From Candidatus Latescibacterota bacterium (lineage in GTDB: Bacteria; Latescibacterota; UBA2968; UBA8231): a stretch of DNA of 64,000 bases. The stretch lies in assembly GCA_965223905.1 (NCBI GenBank), contig CBDCXV010000009.1, forward strand, positions 416,001-480,000. Direction: 5' to 3'. The notes under the pieces are model-generated. The model made no database searches, was not told the origin of the DNA, and saw only the letters and a program-made list of their open reading frames with translations. Of this stretch, positions 50,333-60,474 are shown in pieces. Each line of letters begins with the position of its first letter. The stretch's first letter is position 1. Both the position numbers and the translations under genes were made by a program.

Positions 50333-50677
50333 ATGCCAATTCCTTGGCCTGCAGTAATCAAAGCTGGAGAAAGCGCAATCGTCCTGATCGGAAAGTTGTT
50401 GGGTCGATCTCAAAAATCCGCTCAAAAAGACGCACTAATAATAGCACTAATAGCAAGTATACCAGTAATTGCTAAGGAATTAATCCCTGAATTAGTAAAG
50501 GCCGTAAGGGATCTTCTAAAACGAAAACACCCTGCATATCATGATATTAATGCAGATGTATGTCATGCCTATGATGATTGCACAATAGGCTCAAAAATCA
50601 AACCTGAACATCGTCAGACAGGGACTGGAGATAAAGAGTTGTGTGCTGAATGCAGAGATAGGATATTGGGGGCATAA
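50333..50677 (+). CDS. AT-rich hypothetical protein with C-terminal Cys/His cluster
   Basis: GGAG RBS; hydrophobic N-half; CH...C...CAEC. Confidence 0.6.
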   Translation: MPIPWPAVIKAGESAIVLIGKLLGRSQKSAQKDALIIALIASIPVIAKELIPELVKAVRDLLKRKHPAYHDINADVCHAYDDCTIGSKIKPEHRQTGTGDKELCAECRDRILGA

Positions 50678-50683
50678 CTGACA

Positions 50684-50959
50684 ATGTCAGAATCAGAATG
50701 CACTAAACTTCAGCCTGAACCGGAGACGGCTGCCCGGATTCTTGCTGCTGTTCTTTTAGTTCTTTCAAAAACAAATCATAAATGCGCCTTAACTGTATTC
50801 CAGGCAGCAAAGCGCTTTCACCCGTCTCAGGATCTATCTCCAGAACTCTGTTCCATTCTGCATCTTTCGCGGGATCTTGTAAAGGCTCTACGTGGGAATG
50901 GTGGGAGCTTGGGTCCTGAACGACTGTGGAAACAGATTGAGGATCTTTCTTCTTCATAA
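50684..50959 (+). CDS. AT-rich hypothetical protein
   Basis: 91-aa ORF 6 bp after previous. Confidence 0.55.
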   Translation: MSESECTKLQPEPETAARILAAVLLVLSKTNHKCALTVFQAAKRFHPSQDLSPELCSILHLSRDLVKALRGNGGSLGPERLWKQIEDLSSS

Positions 50960-51156
50960 TAATCTCATATTTGGAAAGAGGAAAAGAAGCAGAAATGAAC
51001 TTACCAATTAAGGATGTGGAAAAAGCTATCCCCTCATAGAAAGTTGATGAGATGAAATACTTGATTCTCTCGTAAAAACCGCCCTCTCGCAGCCCCGGTA
51101 ATCAGGGATTCTTGGTATATTTGGTGTATACTAATCCGTCACATACTTCCTCTTTA

Positions 51157-52706
51157 CCCTCTGGTTGCATAAAAGTGGGCTATTTCCCCTGCTGCTTGAG
51201 CACATAGTCACTTGCGGCGCCTCTGGGAATTGGGTATCGATGATATCGACCAAAACATTATCGACCCCATTCCTGGAGGACACCGCAAGTGAAGTACAGC
51301 AAACAAGCGGTTTTTGCCCGTTTTTACAAACTCCCCCGACTTCGTTTCGAAGATCAACAACTTACTTCCTTTGCCGGAGCGATCGTCTTTTTTCTGCTGT
51401 TTCAGCGGCTTAACCTGAAAGCCCGATTGAAGCACTGCTTCCGCCCCGCTAAACGCTCGGCGATCTTCGGCCCCCATGTCGTTGTGTTGCTGCTCGTGGT
51501 GCATCTCCTATTAGGTTTCCGGCGGTTGCGAGACGTGGACTACTACCGGGACGATCCGGTGGTGCAGCGCTTGTTGGGATTGCGTCGGCTACCGGACGTG
51601 TCCACCATCAGTCGCACCCTGGCGTCCCTGAGCCCCTCGAATGTGGCCCACGTGCGCCAGCTGTCCTCGACCCTGGTGATACATGCGCTCCAGCGTGAGC
51701 AGTTGCCTCGTCTGACCCTCGACTTCGACGGGTCGGTGGTATCCACGCGCGCTCATGCCGAAGGTACCGCCGTCGGCTATAACCCCAAAAGGAAGGGGGC
51801 CCGCAGTTACTACAACCTGTTTTGCACCGTGGCCCAAACCGGGCAATTTCTCGATGTCCTGCACCGTCCCGGCAATGTCCATGACAGCAAGGGGGCTCAT
51901 GAGTTCATGATGGACACCTTCGACCGGGTCGGCGCCCTGGGTACCCACCCCGTGCTCGAGGCCCGTCTGGACAGCGCCTTCTTCAGCCAACACACCCTCA
52001 CCCTCCTGGATTTGTATGGCGCCGAGTACACCCTCAGCGTGCCCTTCGAACGCTTCCCCGAGCTCAAGCACAAGGTCGAGTCACGAAAACGCTGGCGCTA
52101 TCTGGACAAGGAACGGTCCTATTTCGAAAGTGCGTGGAAACCGGCAAGCTGGGCGGCCTCGTATCGGTTTGTCTTCGTGCGCCGCAGGGTCAAACGACAG
52201 ACCAAGCAACCGTTGCAGCTGGATCTGTTTCAACCTCGACAATTCGACCATGACTACCGGGTCGTGGTGACCAACAAAACGACCTCGGCAGGTAACGTCG
52301 TCCTCTTTAACGGGGGGCGCGGCGCTCAGGAAGGGGTCTTCGGGGAGGCCAAGCAACAGGCCGGGCTGGACCTGATCCCCACCCGGCGCTTGCTCGCCAA
52401 CCAGATGGTCACCTTGTGCGCCATGATGGCGCACCATCTGGGACGCGAAATGCAGATGATCGCCCATTCGTCAGCAACCTATTCGCGCGCCAAACGGCCC
52501 GCTGCGTGGACCTTCCAGACCCTGGACACCTTGCGTCATCGTTTCATCCAACGCGCCGGCCGGCTGACTCAGCCCAAGGGCGAGTTGACCCTGACGATGA
52601 ATTCAAACCCGCAAGCTAAAGAGGATCTGTGGCATTTCCTCGAAATGCTAAAAAATGCGGCCTGATATAAACGGCCACCATCAGACAGGTTTATGCAACG
52701 TTAGGG
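51157..52706 (+). mobile_element. IS1380-family insertion sequence
   Basis: IRs CCCT-nnn-GTTGCATAAA at both ends; TTTA target duplication at 51153-51156 and 52707-52710. Confidence 0.9.
51289..52665 (+). CDS. IS1380 transposase
   Basis: LTSFAG, LDFDGS, HRPGNVH, RLDSAF, RGAQEGVFGEAK. Confidence 0.9.
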   Translation: MKYSKQAVFARFYKLPRLRFEDQQLTSFAGAIVFFLLFQRLNLKARLKHCFRPAKRSAIFGPHVVVLLLVVHLLLGFRRLRDVDYYRDDPVVQRLLGLRRLPDVSTISRTLASLSPSNVAHVRQLSSTLVIHALQREQLPRLTLDFDGSVVSTRAHAEGTAVGYNPKRKGARSYYNLFCTVAQTGQFLDVLHRPGNVHDSKGAHEFMMDTFDRVGALGTHPVLEARLDSAFFSQHTLTLLDLYGAEYTLSVPFERFPELKHKVESRKRWRYLDKERSYFESAWKPASWAASYRFVFVRRRVKRQTKQPLQLDLFQPRQFDHDYRVVVTNKTTSAGNVVLFNGGRGAQEGVFGEAKQQAGLDLIPTRRLLANQMVTLCAMMAHHLGREMQMIAHSSATYSRAKRPAAWTFQTLDTLRHRFIQRAGRLTQPKGELTLTMNSNPQAKEDLWHFLEMLKNAA

Positions 52707-52723
52707 TTTACTGGATGGGGCTG

Positions 52724-54253
52724 ATGTTTCGCAAGAAGGAATCGCAACGCACCCTGTTCGAGAGCCGCAACCTGGTGCCTGCGGCCAAGCAGCGGCGCCT
52801 GCAGGCGAGCTGGGCGGAGACCTTTCGCACGCGCGCCTTGCCGCTGATCGATGAAGCGCAGTTTGCGTCCTTGTATTGCGACGACAACGGTCGTCCCAAC
52901 CAGCCGGTGGCGACGGTCTTGGGCGTGCTTCTGCTCAAGGAGATGTTCGCTCTGACCGACGCCGAGGCGCTGGAGCAGCTGGAGTTCAGCCTGTTGTGGC
53001 AGCACGCCCTGGAGCTGACCCCGGACGAGGCCCACCTGGCGCAGAAGACGAGGACTAACAACGTCCTGACGCTGCACAACTTTCGCGCGCGCTTGCTGAC
53101 CCATGATCGCGGCCGGGCGGCCTTCGAGGCGACCACGGATCGCATTCTCCAGACGTTGGGTACGAAGGTCACCCGGCAGCGTCTGGACTCCACCCACGTG
53201 CTCAGCAACATCGCGGTGTTGTCGCGTCTGGGGCTGTTGTGTGAGACCCTCCGTCACTTTCTGAAAACCCTGGCCGCGGAGCATCCGCGCCTGTACGGGC
53301 GGGTGCCGAAGCGCCTGCGCCTTCGCTACCTGAAGGAGGACGGCAGCGCCACGGCCTACCAGGACGCGCCCTCCGGCACGGGCAAGAGGCGGCTGCCGGT
53401 GTGCACGCGCGACCTGTATCGTCTCCATCAGCTGTTTGCGGGCACCGCGGCGGAGGGCTTGGCGTCCTGGGCGCTGCTGCAGCGCCTGCTGTGGGAGCAG
53501 TGTGAGGTGATCGCGGACAAGCAACGCCCCTCGACCGAGGACGACGACGCCGGCGAAGGCGGCGTGCCGGTGGCGCTGAAGGCGCCTGAGCACGTCGGCA
53601 GCGACTCGCTGCAAAGCCCCTATGATGCCGAGGCCACCTACAACGGCCGCAAGGGCAAAGGGTACGAGGTGCAGATCGCCGAGACCTGCGTCGAGGCCGA
53701 CGACGACAAGACCGACGACGACAAGACCGACACCGTGAACAGGATCACCCACGTAGCGGTGACCGATGCCTGCGCCAGTGACGAGCACGCGACGATGCCG
53801 GTGCTGGAGGCCCTCGAAGAGCGCGGGCAGCGACCCGACGAGCTGGTCGCCGACACCGCCTTCGGCTCCGGCGACAATGCCATCCACGCCGAACGCCTGG
53901 GCACCGAGTTGGTCAGCCCGGTCAAAGGCCGGCAGGTGGACGTCGAGGTGCGCCCCGATACGGTGACCCGGGCCGACTTCCTCGTCGATGCCCGTCTCCG
54001 GGATCCGGCCATCTGCCCGGCCGGACACCTGGCCATGGCCAGCGGCGCCTTCCGGGAGCGCTATCGCATTCGCGCCGGCATCGAGGCCACGGTCTCGGAG
54101 CTGAAACGAAGACACGGACTGGGCGCCCTGCGCGTGCGCGGGCGTTGGCGCGTGGAGCTGGCCGTCTACCTCAAAGCGCTGGCCTGCAATATCAAGAGAA
54201 TGGTGCGGGCGCTTACGCCCAAACCCGAAGTCATAGCTCCGGCGATGGGCTGA
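52724..54253 (+). CDS. IS1182-like transposase (likely internal deletion near 54035)
   Basis: LYCDDNGRP (DUF772-like), RLDSTH, SPYDAEA, ADTAFG, YRIRAGIEATVSELKR. Confidence 0.85.
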   Translation: MFRKKESQRTLFESRNLVPAAKQRRLQASWAETFRTRALPLIDEAQFASLYCDDNGRPNQPVATVLGVLLLKEMFALTDAEALEQLEFSLLWQHALELTPDEAHLAQKTRTNNVLTLHNFRARLLTHDRGRAAFEATTDRILQTLGTKVTRQRLDSTHVLSNIAVLSRLGLLCETLRHFLKTLAAEHPRLYGRVPKRLRLRYLKEDGSATAYQDAPSGTGKRRLPVCTRDLYRLHQLFAGTAAEGLASWALLQRLLWEQCEVIADKQRPSTEDDDAGEGGVPVALKAPEHVGSDSLQSPYDAEATYNGRKGKGYEVQIAETCVEADDDKTDDDKTDTVNRITHVAVTDACASDEHATMPVLEALEERGQRPDELVADTAFGSGDNAIHAERLGTELVSPVKGRQVDVEVRPDTVTRADFLVDARLRDPAICPAGHLAMASGAFRERYRIRAGIEATVSELKRRHGLGALRVRGRWRVELAVYLKALACNIKRMVRALTPKPEVIAPAMG

Positions 54254-54477
54254 AAAAGGGAACGGAGGTCCCTTTCGGCGCCGGAAAAGGCCTTATAAGC
54301 CCGATTCGAGGCCATCGGACGATAGAGCGCTGAAGCAGCTTAAATAGCGGCGCATTCTCGATTCTTTTTCATGTGGGTAAAACTGAAGTTTCAAGAAAAA
54401 TCTCTGTCTTGAAAACGGGGTTGTTACGAGGGAGTCAAGAGTCGTTTCCCAGATGCTTTGATTGCGAATATAAAAAG

Positions 54478-55074
54478 ATGAAATCATTTTTCCTGGCTAC
54501 GCTTCTCCTCGCTTCGCTCGCTTTTGCTGATCAGTCCCTGGTGGGCACTTGGGAACATGAGAGCGGACAGAGTACTCTGACAATACGGGATGACGGAACC
54601 ATAACCCTGGTGACCAGTATCGATGCCGGGGAAATCCTGATCCCCACAGAATTGGGATTCAGGGACAACCCCGATGTAGAGGAAACCCTGGCGGATCTGA
54701 TCGAGGGCAGGAGCTTCCAGGTATCTCTTGCAGGAACATGGAGAGTGCGAGGGAGCAGGCTTTTGACGGTCTATCAGACTGCGGATGTATCAGGGTGGAG
54801 GGAACTCGTTGACGACATTATGGAGGTCGCAGGTCCGGCTATCGAGGCCCGGCATGAGGGGTCCACCGAAGAGAAGAGAGACTTCGCTGTGTCCGGTTAC
54901 AGAGGGCTGCTGGCTTCTCTGTTCTCGGTTGATGATACTTTTTTGCTCGGAGAAGAAACCTTCGCATCCTGGAGCATCCAGGACGGCCTTCTTACCCTTG
55001 GTGGCAAGGTCTACAAGATGGTGGTTCCTACATCCGTTAAGTCGGTATCTTGGGGAGAACTTAAGAGACGATAG
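54478..55074 (+). CDS. Secreted protein with C-terminal SWGxLK motif
   Basis: Signal peptide MKSFFLATLLLASLAFA; ends PTSVKSVSWGELKRR. Confidence 0.75.
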   Translation: MKSFFLATLLLASLAFADQSLVGTWEHESGQSTLTIRDDGTITLVTSIDAGEILIPTELGFRDNPDVEETLADLIEGRSFQVSLAGTWRVRGSRLLTVYQTADVSGWRELVDDIMEVAGPAIEARHEGSTEEKRDFAVSGYRGLLASLFSVDDTFLLGEETFASWSIQDGLLTLGGKVYKMVVPTSVKSVSWGELKRR

Positions 55075-55417
55075 TGCGGAGCGGACAAGGGTTCATCCTC
55101 GGATCGACAGAGACAAATGGGCCTACTATACAACAGATACGATCAAAAAAGGAGAACATGCATGACATTAACCGCAGAGACATTGGCCCTGACTCAGGCG
55201 TTGCCTCAAGGGGTCAAGGATTTCCTCATCGGGCGAAGCTCTTTCCATCGACAGCACCCCCAGATCGTATCCCTCAGGAGCACCTCGCCCCGCAGTTCCG
55301 GAATCTCCCAGGCACACCGATCCGGACTGAGACCTCCAGCGACACCGGCTTGCAAACCCCGAGGGATCAGCCAGGGGAGGTCTCGATGCCCTCATCCCCC
55401 CTCCTCGATCACCCGCA

Positions 55418-55753
55418 ATGGCTTTCCGTCCATACGTAACCAGAGAAGAATGGGAGGAATTCAAGAAAGAGTCGGAAGAAGCCATTTACGGCTTGATCGG
55501 CAATCTCCAAGCCTTGTGGTATTGCTGGGCAATATCCCTCGACCTGGAGCCCGACGACTACAAACCCATGATGAATGCACTGGACGAGGCCATAAGCGAT
55601 CCAGACCAAGCTATGGATGTTGACCACCCTGTCTCCGTCGAGGCTTTCACGGAAATCCTGAAAGATGTGAAAAAGGGTATCCGCAAGAGCAAAAAAGCCT
55701 TAGAGGCTATGGACGACGACGAACCGGGATTCTTCGGAAAACTGTTTGGGTAA
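55418..55753 (+). CDS. Hypothetical acidic protein
   Basis: 111-aa ORF ending PGFFGKLFG. Confidence 0.6.
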   Translation: MAFRPYVTREEWEEFKKESEEAIYGLIGNLQALWYCWAISLDLEPDDYKPMMNALDEAISDPDQAMDVDHPVSVEAFTEILKDVKKGIRKSKKALEAMDDDEPGFFGKLFG

Positions 55754-55823
55754 GAAAATCGGAACTCGGGTCCACCCTTACCGGCCTCCTTACATGACAG
55801 CAGAACACCGCCGGTTTTCCGGA

Positions 55824-58376
55824 ATGTCCCGGATTTTCCACGGCCTGTTAATCCTGGCAGCAGCCGTACCCGGCTGGTCGGCCCCGGCTCCACCGGATTG
55901 GATCCTGATCGACCCCAGCGACGAGCCCGGGTTCTGGGTGGTGACCTGGCCTTCGGTTGCCGACGCCGACGGCTACCAGATTTACCTGCAGATCGGGGCC
56001 GCCGACGTCGAGGGGGACCAGGCCCCCGAGCCGGTCCTGGCCCGGTGGGGCTACGTCGAACAACAGGACGGGGTGATCCGGGTCAAGATCGCCGGCCTGT
56101 CTCAGGAGACGTTCTCCTTCGGGGTGGCCACCGTCAAGGACGGGGTCGAATCGGAAATCACCTGGCCGGCACAGCCTTCTTCGGCACTCGCGCCACCGGA
56201 TTCGGTTTGGGTCGAAGAATACGGAGAAGGTATTGTAGTTCTTGCCTGGACTGCCGTGCCGGGAGCCGATGGGTACAGGATTTACGGAGAGGTCTTAGTG
56301 ACCGTTGCATTGAATGCTCAAGGGGAAATCGTACTCCTTGAAAGCCCAGAAGTAGTTTGGGTGTCGTGGGGCTATGTGGACCAGCAGGATTCGGAAATAA
56401 TCCGGGCTACCATTCCGATCCTGGATGAGGGGCCGCCCGCGCTTGCCGTAGCCGCAGAAAAGGACGGGGTGAAATCAGAAATCGCCTGGCCGCCGGCACA
56501 TCCGGACTTCAACCGGGATGGCCAGGTGAACCTCCTCGATTTCTTCCTGCTCGCCGACGCCTTCGGGAGCACCCTCCGGGGATTCGACCTCGACCGGGAC
56601 GGCCGGGTCGACCTGGACGACTATTTCCTGTTCGCCAATGCCTTTCAGACCGGCCACTGGCAACCGGAGAACGCAACGCCCGAGCGAAGCGCCGCAACCG
56701 AGACGGTGTACATGAATGGCCGAATCCATACCCAGGACCAGGATCTGCCCTGGGCCGAGTCGCTAGTCACCAGAGGCGACCGAATCGTCCTCGTGGGCTC
56801 TGACGAGGACGCCCTGCGGTATGCCGCTCCGGACGCCAGGTTTGTAGACCTGCAGGGCCGATTCGTGATGCCGGGGATAATCGACGCACACACCCACCCC
56901 GGCTTGATCAGCATCTGGGCCGACCTGTCGGGACTGGATGAACCCGTTGGAGAGAACGAAGAGCCCGCCACACCCGACAGGATGCCGTCCAGGCCGCGGG
57001 AGGCGACGCTGGCCTGGGTGCAGCAGTACGCCGACGATCACCCGTTCACTCTCATGATCACCCAGGCGGCGTGGGACGTCGCCGCCTACCTGCCTGACGG
57101 CCCCCACAGAAGAGACCTGGATGAGATTTCCAGCGTAAGACCCATTCTGTTGTACGACAACTCGGGGCACAGCTTCTGGGTCAATTCCGCCATGCTCCGG
57201 ATCCTGGGCATCGACAGGAACACCCCGGATCTCAGCGAGAACCTGTCGCATTTCGTGCGCGACGAGACCGGAGAGCCCACCGGCTGGCTCAAGGAGTTCG
57301 TCCTGACGCCCTACATGGGTGACCGGCTGGTGCCGGATGCCGACAAACTGAAGGAACGGATGCTGAAGTACTTGAACTACATGTCGAGCAAGGGCGTCAC
57401 GACCTTGTGGGACGCCGGCAACTTCAACATGGACGACGCGGTGTACCAGGTCGCCCATGATATCGCGAGAGAAGGCGATCTGCCGTTGCGTTGGGAAGGG
57501 TCGTACCACATATGGGCGCCGGATCAAATCGACCTGGCAGCCGAATCCCTGCTCCGGCTGCGGGCAAGATACAGCCACGGCAAACTGCAGTTCAACACCG
57601 TCAAGATCCACTACGATGGCATGCAGGACATTCTGACCGCCGGCATGCTGGAGCCCTACGTCACAGACCCCGACAACTACGGCGGCGTGCTGTTCACGCC
57701 GCAACGATTGAGCCGCTTCATGCAGGAGCTGGACGGCCACGGCATCGATGTGCACCTGCATGCCGCCGGCGACCGTGCGACCCGGAATATTCTCGACGCC
57801 GTCGAGCAGGCGCGGGCCGCGCTGGGACGGCCTTTGGGAATCGAGGTCACGCTGAGTCACCTGTTCTCGGTCGCCGACAGTGATATCGAACGCTTTCCCG
57901 AGTTGAACGTACACGCCAATTTCACGCCGCACTGGTTCGGCGGAACGGTGTTCGGGGACGCCAGAGAGATCAACGTCGGTCCGGAACGGGCCGGCCGCTC
58001 TCAGCTCGTCGGGCATTTCGTGCGGCGACAGGCCAGTGTGTCGCTCTCCAGCGACGCCGTCCACAACCCGCGGCGGGTGAACCCCTTCATCGGCATCGAA
58101 ATGAGTATTACCCGAAGGGCGATAGACAAGGCTGACGCCGCCGCCCTGCCGCCGTTCGATGCCGGAATCTCATTGGAGCAGGCGCTGGCCGCCTATACCG
58201 TCAACGGCGCTGCGCAACTGGGATTGGAAGAAGAAATCGGCGCCATAAAGGCCGGCTTGCTGGCGGACTTCATCGTCCTGCCACAGAATCCGTTCGCAAC
58301 CGACGTGGAGACCATCCACGCCATCGAGCCCAGCGCCACAATTGTGGCCGGTGAGCTGCGAAGCGGTAGCCTGTAA
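55824..58376 (+). CDS. Secreted YtcJ-like amidohydrolase with two N-terminal FN3-like repeats and EF-hand/dockerin
   Basis: Repeated W..V..ADGY.IY; DFNRDGQVN/DLDRDGRVD; PGIIDAHTH, HAAGD, SSD, AYTVNGA. Confidence 0.85.
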   Translation: MSRIFHGLLILAAAVPGWSAPAPPDWILIDPSDEPGFWVVTWPSVADADGYQIYLQIGAADVEGDQAPEPVLARWGYVEQQDGVIRVKIAGLSQETFSFGVATVKDGVESEITWPAQPSSALAPPDSVWVEEYGEGIVVLAWTAVPGADGYRIYGEVLVTVALNAQGEIVLLESPEVVWVSWGYVDQQDSEIIRATIPILDEGPPALAVAAEKDGVKSEIAWPPAHPDFNRDGQVNLLDFFLLADAFGSTLRGFDLDRDGRVDLDDYFLFANAFQTGHWQPENATPERSAATETVYMNGRIHTQDQDLPWAESLVTRGDRIVLVGSDEDALRYAAPDARFVDLQGRFVMPGIIDAHTHPGLISIWADLSGLDEPVGENEEPATPDRMPSRPREATLAWVQQYADDHPFTLMITQAAWDVAAYLPDGPHRRDLDEISSVRPILLYDNSGHSFWVNSAMLRILGIDRNTPDLSENLSHFVRDETGEPTGWLKEFVLTPYMGDRLVPDADKLKERMLKYLNYMSSKGVTTLWDAGNFNMDDAVYQVAHDIAREGDLPLRWEGSYHIWAPDQIDLAAESLLRLRARYSHGKLQFNTVKIHYDGMQDILTAGMLEPYVTDPDNYGGVLFTPQRLSRFMQELDGHGIDVHLHAAGDRATRNILDAVEQARAALGRPLGIEVTLSHLFSVADSDIERFPELNVHANFTPHWFGGTVFGDAREINVGPERAGRSQLVGHFVRRQASVSLSSDAVHNPRRVNPFIGIEMSITRRAIDKADAAALPPFDAGISLEQALAAYTVNGAAQLGLEEEIGAIKAGLLADFIVLPQNPFATDVETIHAIEPSATIVAGELRSGSL

Positions 58377-58399
58377 GCGGCTGACCAGGCGACGACCGG

Positions 58400-58674
58400 A
58401 CGATTCGCATGTTGCTGAATCGCTCCGCGAGGATCTCGTCGGCCGCCTGCTCGAACGCCGGATAATCCTCATCGGAGATTCCGTCCAGATCCGCGGAGAT
58501 ACGGGCAAGGGCGCGGGCAACATCGGTCATGCCCTCGAGGAAGTCCCGGCCGTCGACGGACATGTCCACCTCGGTCAGGTCGGCGAAAAGACTGTCCCCA
58601 TCGACCCGGTAGGCGCCGGTCCCGTGAGCGGTGAACTGGGAGGAACCGCGTCTCCGGCCTCGGCCAGGAGTCAT
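58400..58674 (-). pseudogene. Fragment of a secreted-protein gene
   Basis: GTGAYRVDGDSLF... loosely resembles the 54478 protein; no credible start or end. Confidence 0.35.
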
Positions 58675-58691
58675 CCGATGCGCAATGACCG

Positions 58692-59018
58692 GTCGAGTTG
58701 GAAACCGCCGTCCGCCCCGAAGCTCAGGCGATCCGCAGGTTTCTACTCAGCCCTTCCCAGGCGATAGCCGACGCGAGACTCGTTGAAGAGATAGGCCGGT
58801 TTTTTCGCGTTGTCGCCCAGCTTGCGTCGGATGCTATTTACGGTCGAGCGCAACGACCGCCGGTCGGAGGAGGACTCCAAGCCCCAAACGCGGTGGAGCA
58901 GAAACCTCGTAGGTCACTGGCGTGCCGAGATGGACCGAAAGCTCCACCAGCAGTCGGTACTCGATGTCGGTCAACCGCACCCGCCGTCCGGCCAGGGTCA
59001 CCCGTCGTTTCCCGTAGT
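58692..59018. repeat. ~330-bp direct repeat, copy 2 (decayed wHTH remnant of hybrid kinase paralogue)
   Basis: Matches 47337-47664 with indels; cut off just before the Cre-3 stop. Confidence 0.85.
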
Positions 59019-59049
59019 CTAGGATGAAACATCATGTTCGGCTTTCCCT

Positions 59050-59991
59050 TCACCTGCCGTAGCGGATGCGAGCTACGGCCCCACGAGCAGCAAACTGGCC
59101 CCGCGCATAGTGACCTGGCATCGCCGGTGACCGCCAGCGGCCGGCTGTCTGCATTTCGGCAAGCGAAGCACCGCCGGCAGCGAGCGACTCAGCGCCGCCG
59201 ACGCGGAGCGAGTGACCCGAAACCGACCCCCTTACGCCAGCGGCCGTGCATCGGCGTTTAATGATCTGTCGGACGCTTAGGGTGCTTAGTTCCTTCTCGC
59301 CGCCGACATTTCCGCCTCGATGGAGGCGGCGAAACAGAGGCCCACAGGTAATCTTGGCCGCTTCCAGCCACGCCTTGACCCTGGCCACGGTAGGGGGGCC
59401 CAGATAGAGCACGACTCCGATCCCTTCCTGGTCCGTCTTGGAGTGGCGGATGGTAACGCGGCCGCCATCCGGTTCGAAAGCGAGATCGTCGACCTGGAGG
59501 GCTACCAACTCGGAGACGCGCAGCAAGCCGTCCGACATGACCGAGATGATCGCCGCATCGCGCAGCCCTTGGAGGGACCCTTCGCCAGCGGCGATAGCCG
59601 CGGCGGTTTCGGCTTGCGTGAAGTTCACGCCGGTCGCCTGCCCTCGTCCTCTTCCTCGCCCCTGGCGGCGGATCCCGGCAAGAACCCGGTTGGTTCGGGG
59701 ACCTACCGGCGGTGGAATGTCCTGCAGCTTGGCCCGGAACTTGAGCGCAGCGACTACTTGGGAGCACGTCGCCGGCGACTTCTCGGCATCGTACAGGGCG
59801 GCGAGGTAGTTGGCAACGACGGTATCGGTGACGGGATTGTCGCCGATCGCTTTGTCGAACCTCGCCAGCGCGGCCGTATAAGCCCGCTTGGTGTTGGCGG
59901 AAATGCTGGCCTGGACGAGCTCGAGGGCCTGACTTGAGACAGTGAGCGACGGCGCTTGTTTGACGGCGACTGGTGCGGCGTGGGTGCTCAT
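59050..59991 (-). CDS. Cre-like tyrosine recombinase (copy 3, intact)
   Basis: SANTKRAY, RDAA, LRVSE, SKTDQ, GHSLRVG, GRW, HYARG; clear paralogue of 3164-4114. Confidence 0.9.
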   Translation of the reverse strand: MSTHAAPVAVKQAPSLTVSSQALELVQASISANTKRAYTAALARFDKAIGDNPVTDTVVANYLAALYDAEKSPATCSQVVAALKFRAKLQDIPPPVGPRTNRVLAGIRRQGRGRGRGQATGVNFTQAETAAAIAAGEGSLQGLRDAAIISVMSDGLLRVSELVALQVDDLAFEPDGGRVTIRHSKTDQEGIGVVLYLGPPTVARVKAWLEAAKITCGPLFRRLHRGGNVGGEKELSTLSVRQIIKRRCTAAGVRGSVSGHSLRVGGAESLAAGGASLAEMQTAGRWRSPAMPGHYARGQFAARGAVARIRYGR

Positions 59992-60428
59992 TTAATGTGC
60001 CGATAAGCTGTCCTCTAGGAGGACCTGAGGTGTACTCCGTCAACTGACAAAAAAAATGGGGTGAAATAAGGTGCATTTCATGCTTCCTGGACCGGGGTTA
60101 TTTCCCGTACCGAGTACCGGTGCGGGATGGTGGCATTCCCCAGCGCTTAGTGAAAGCGACCCAAGTTATTAACTCGAAAGGTAACCGTTCAGTTCCCTGG
60201 AAGATTGGGGCCGAAAAGGCATGGTCTCGAACCGCCGCCAGCGGTTTTCGCAGAGGTGCCAGTCAACCTTGCTGTCGACGGTATCCAGCGCCCCGAAATC
60301 CAACTTGTGGCGAAGTAGCGCCCCCCCGGGCGGGAGTGCGCGAGCGTATAGTTAAACGCGACCTGATGGTTTTAAAATGCTAAAAAATGGTTTTTATAAG
60401 ATGGGTTAAACAAACTATTTACCAATTC

Positions 60429-60474
60429 ATTGTCAACATAGGGTCAAAAATATTGTCACCATAGGGTCAAAAAT
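60429..60474. repeat. Tandem 23-bp repeat in AT-rich region
   Basis: ATTGTCA(A/C)CATAGGGTCAAAAAT x2. Confidence 0.85.

Larger units (their letters stand above)
51060..54439 (+). mobile_element. IS1182-like element interrupted by IS1380
   Basis: Imperfect terminal IRs CTTGATTCTCTCGTAAAAACC / GGTTGTTACGAGGGAGTCAAG. Confidence 0.7.

Noticed and set aside
47337-59018. 330-bp repeat pair as DGR template/variable repeats
   Set aside because: Differences include indels and are not adenine-specific; no intact RT
60018-60027. GGAGGACCTG also present at the left junction (~1309), candidate attR
   Set aside because: Only 10 bp, and the following sequence does not resume the YWTD reading frame
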